From a bacterium (lineage in GTDB: Bacteria > Patescibacteriota > Microgenomatia > UBA8517): a stretch of DNA of 34,241 nucleotides. Both the position numbers and the translations under genes were made by a program. The notes below the pieces were generated by a model that was not told where the DNA came from, did no database searches, and saw nothing but the letters and a program-made list of their open reading frames with translations. The stretch is from assembly GCA_021824915.1 (NCBI GenBank), contig JAKAJP010000022.1:89832-124072 (forward strand), in the 5' to 3' direction. How positions within the stretch are numbered: position 1 is the stretch's first letter; the number at the start of each line of letters is the position of its first letter. Below, piece by piece: positions 32,785 to 34,241 of this stretch.

Positions 32785-34221
32785 ATGGATTCAGAAAGCC
32801 TAATACGAAAAGATTCAGACGATGAATTTAGAGGAATTCAGAAATTACAGCAAAACTCCCCCGACTATCACCCCGTTAAATCCGAACAAAGCATGGCCGA
32901 AGAGAGAAAGGTACGCCACGATTTACAACTTCAACATGTCGATCCGGAAATTATAAAGGCTATTAGAGGTTACAAACCAGAAGAAATTCCGTTTGTTTAT
33001 AAAGATAATCCAAGCGAGGTTTACGCTCAGGTCAATCGTGGAGCAACAGCCAGTATGGAGGAAGGTCTTTCTGAACTTTGGGTTGGGTCGTCAGATGAAA
33101 TATGGAATTTGTATAACAAAAACGGCTGGACGGATCAGATTCCAGAAGTCTTAGTACAATGGAGAGGATTAGAGCTGAAAAAGAATAAAGGGAATAAAGA
33201 AGTTTCTAGACAGGAGATAAGGCATCTTAGTGGAGGAAGATTCTTGGAGTTGGAATATAGGGGGGTATCAAAGATGGGGGAATTTGATGGCCACCTTGAC
33301 CACATTTCTATTTACACACCGAAGGGAACTTTTCGCCCATATGGTGGCAATGAGAGAAATAGTTATGAGATAACTTCAATATCAAGAAGAAGGGACGTAG
33401 ATGTTAAGGGCCTCCCGGGTGGTAGAAAAGTAGTTGATAGTGGAAACGATATTGAGTGGGCTATCTCTGGTGGTTTTGGTCATGTTGAGGGCACCAGTAT
33501 GCTTAATGGTTTGGGGGAACTATTATGGCCACAACGAATAGCCTCAATTGGTTCAGTAAAATGGGATCCAGATAAGCGATATAGATTTAGTGAATTGCCG
33601 GAACCCGTTAAGAGAAAAGTTCCTGCTCTTCCACCGGCAAAGGCGGATTTAGTAGAACTTCAAAAAGGTTTGGCACCACAAGAAGATATTGGAGCCTTGC
33701 TTAACGATGCTCAGGAAATTATGGCCAAGCTGTACACCAACTTAAAGCCAAACTTAGGATCAAAAGGTATCCAGGGTGCGGGTGTGGAGATGGAGCTTGA
33801 TGGAATTGCAAACCATGCTGATAAAATCTGGGTTCTGGATAAATATCTTGATGAGGCGAATCTTCAAGCAAGGTTTGCATTGAGGATAGCGTTAGCAAAG
33901 TCTTTCAGCAAAGGTGATATTTCTAAGTGGATTAACGAAGTATTCCTAAAGTCAGAACCTTTGCAAAATGATTTGTTAACAAGGAATGCACGACATTTAG
34001 TTTTATGGTTGAAGCGCAGCAAATTTGATTACAATGGAATTAAATCAGCTTTGGCAAAAGCAAACTCTGTTTTGGAAGAGGGGGCTCAAAAAAATCCGGA
34101 CCAAATGGATCAGCTTACATTTGAGATATTGAGACGGGGAAATGAAGGATTAGGGTCATCACTAATTGAGCGGTATGTAGAATATCTTGCCCAAAGTTTC
34201 CTTGGAAAATATCTAAATTGA
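32785..34221 (+). CDS. Hypothetical cytoplasmic protein, 478 aa, no recognisable family
   Basis: Long open frame; ATG 32785 lies 6 nt after TATAAT (32773-32778); no TM or signal peptide seen. Confidence 0.8.
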   Translation: MDSESLIRKDSDDEFRGIQKLQQNSPDYHPVKSEQSMAEERKVRHDLQLQHVDPEIIKAIRGYKPEEIPFVYKDNPSEVYAQVNRGATASMEEGLSELWVGSSDEIWNLYNKNGWTDQIPEVLVQWRGLELKKNKGNKEVSRQEIRHLSGGRFLELEYRGVSKMGEFDGHLDHISIYTPKGTFRPYGGNERNSYEITSISRRRDVDVKGLPGGRKVVDSGNDIEWAISGGFGHVEGTSMLNGLGELLWPQRIASIGSVKWDPDKRYRFSELPEPVKRKVPALPPAKADLVELQKGLAPQEDIGALLNDAQEIMAKLYTNLKPNLGSKGIQGAGVEMELDGIANHADKIWVLDKYLDEANLQARFALRIALAKSFSKGDISKWINEVFLKSEPLQNDLLTRNARHLVLWLKRSKFDYNGIKSALAKANSVLEEGAQKNPDQMDQLTFEILRRGNEGLGSSLIERYVEYLAQSFLGKYLN

Positions 34222-34222
34222 A

Positions 34223-34241
34223 ATGGAAGCAAAAGATACAC
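34223..34241 (+). CDS. Probable start of the next gene (MEAKDT...), truncated by the window end
   Basis: ATG 1 nt after the previous stop, the same tight packing as elsewhere in the window; only 6 codons are visible. Confidence 0.4.

Noticed and set aside
1-34241. CRISPR array, transposase, integrase, prophage, rRNA, intron or intein
   Set aside because: No spaced repeats or recognisable catalytic motifs seen; secA, lon, lysS and rarA have normal lengths.

Overview
A densely packed, housekeeping-type bacterial chromosome segment read in genetic code 11: about 40 CDS, mostly on the minus strand, plus one tRNA-Glu(CTC). No mobile element or CRISPR array is visible. The gene repertoire and conserved hypothetical proteins suggest a Patescibacteria (CPR) genome, probably Microgenomates; this is an inference by eye, not a database result. 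Contents: trmD; a sugar-nucleotide block (rmlD, rmlC, a long rmlB fusion, galU, galE); surface and cell-wall genes (CAP, VanZ, lamin-tail, M23, ftsEX, LytR_C, VanW, PAP2, DgkA); translation and proteostasis genes (prfB, tgt, FKBP, secA, serS, lysS, greA, lon); rarA; and a terminal ORFan. Main observations: (1) the FtsEX-linked M23/LytM peptidase appears circularly permuted, with HxH before HxxxD; (2) RmlB is fused to a ~313-aa extension with a degenerate Nudix box; (3) the greA 5' leader can fold as a two-state terminator/antiterminator switch; (4) a CIRCE (HrcA) operator overlaps the lon promoter; (5) many genes have a -10 box 5-9 nt before the start codon, implying leaderless mRNAs, including a near-symmetric 36-bp bidirectional promoter between a PAP2 phosphatase and a DgkA kinase. 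Several starts in the supplied ORF track extend too far upstream and are corrected here. All family assignments come from motif recognition by eye; no searches were run.
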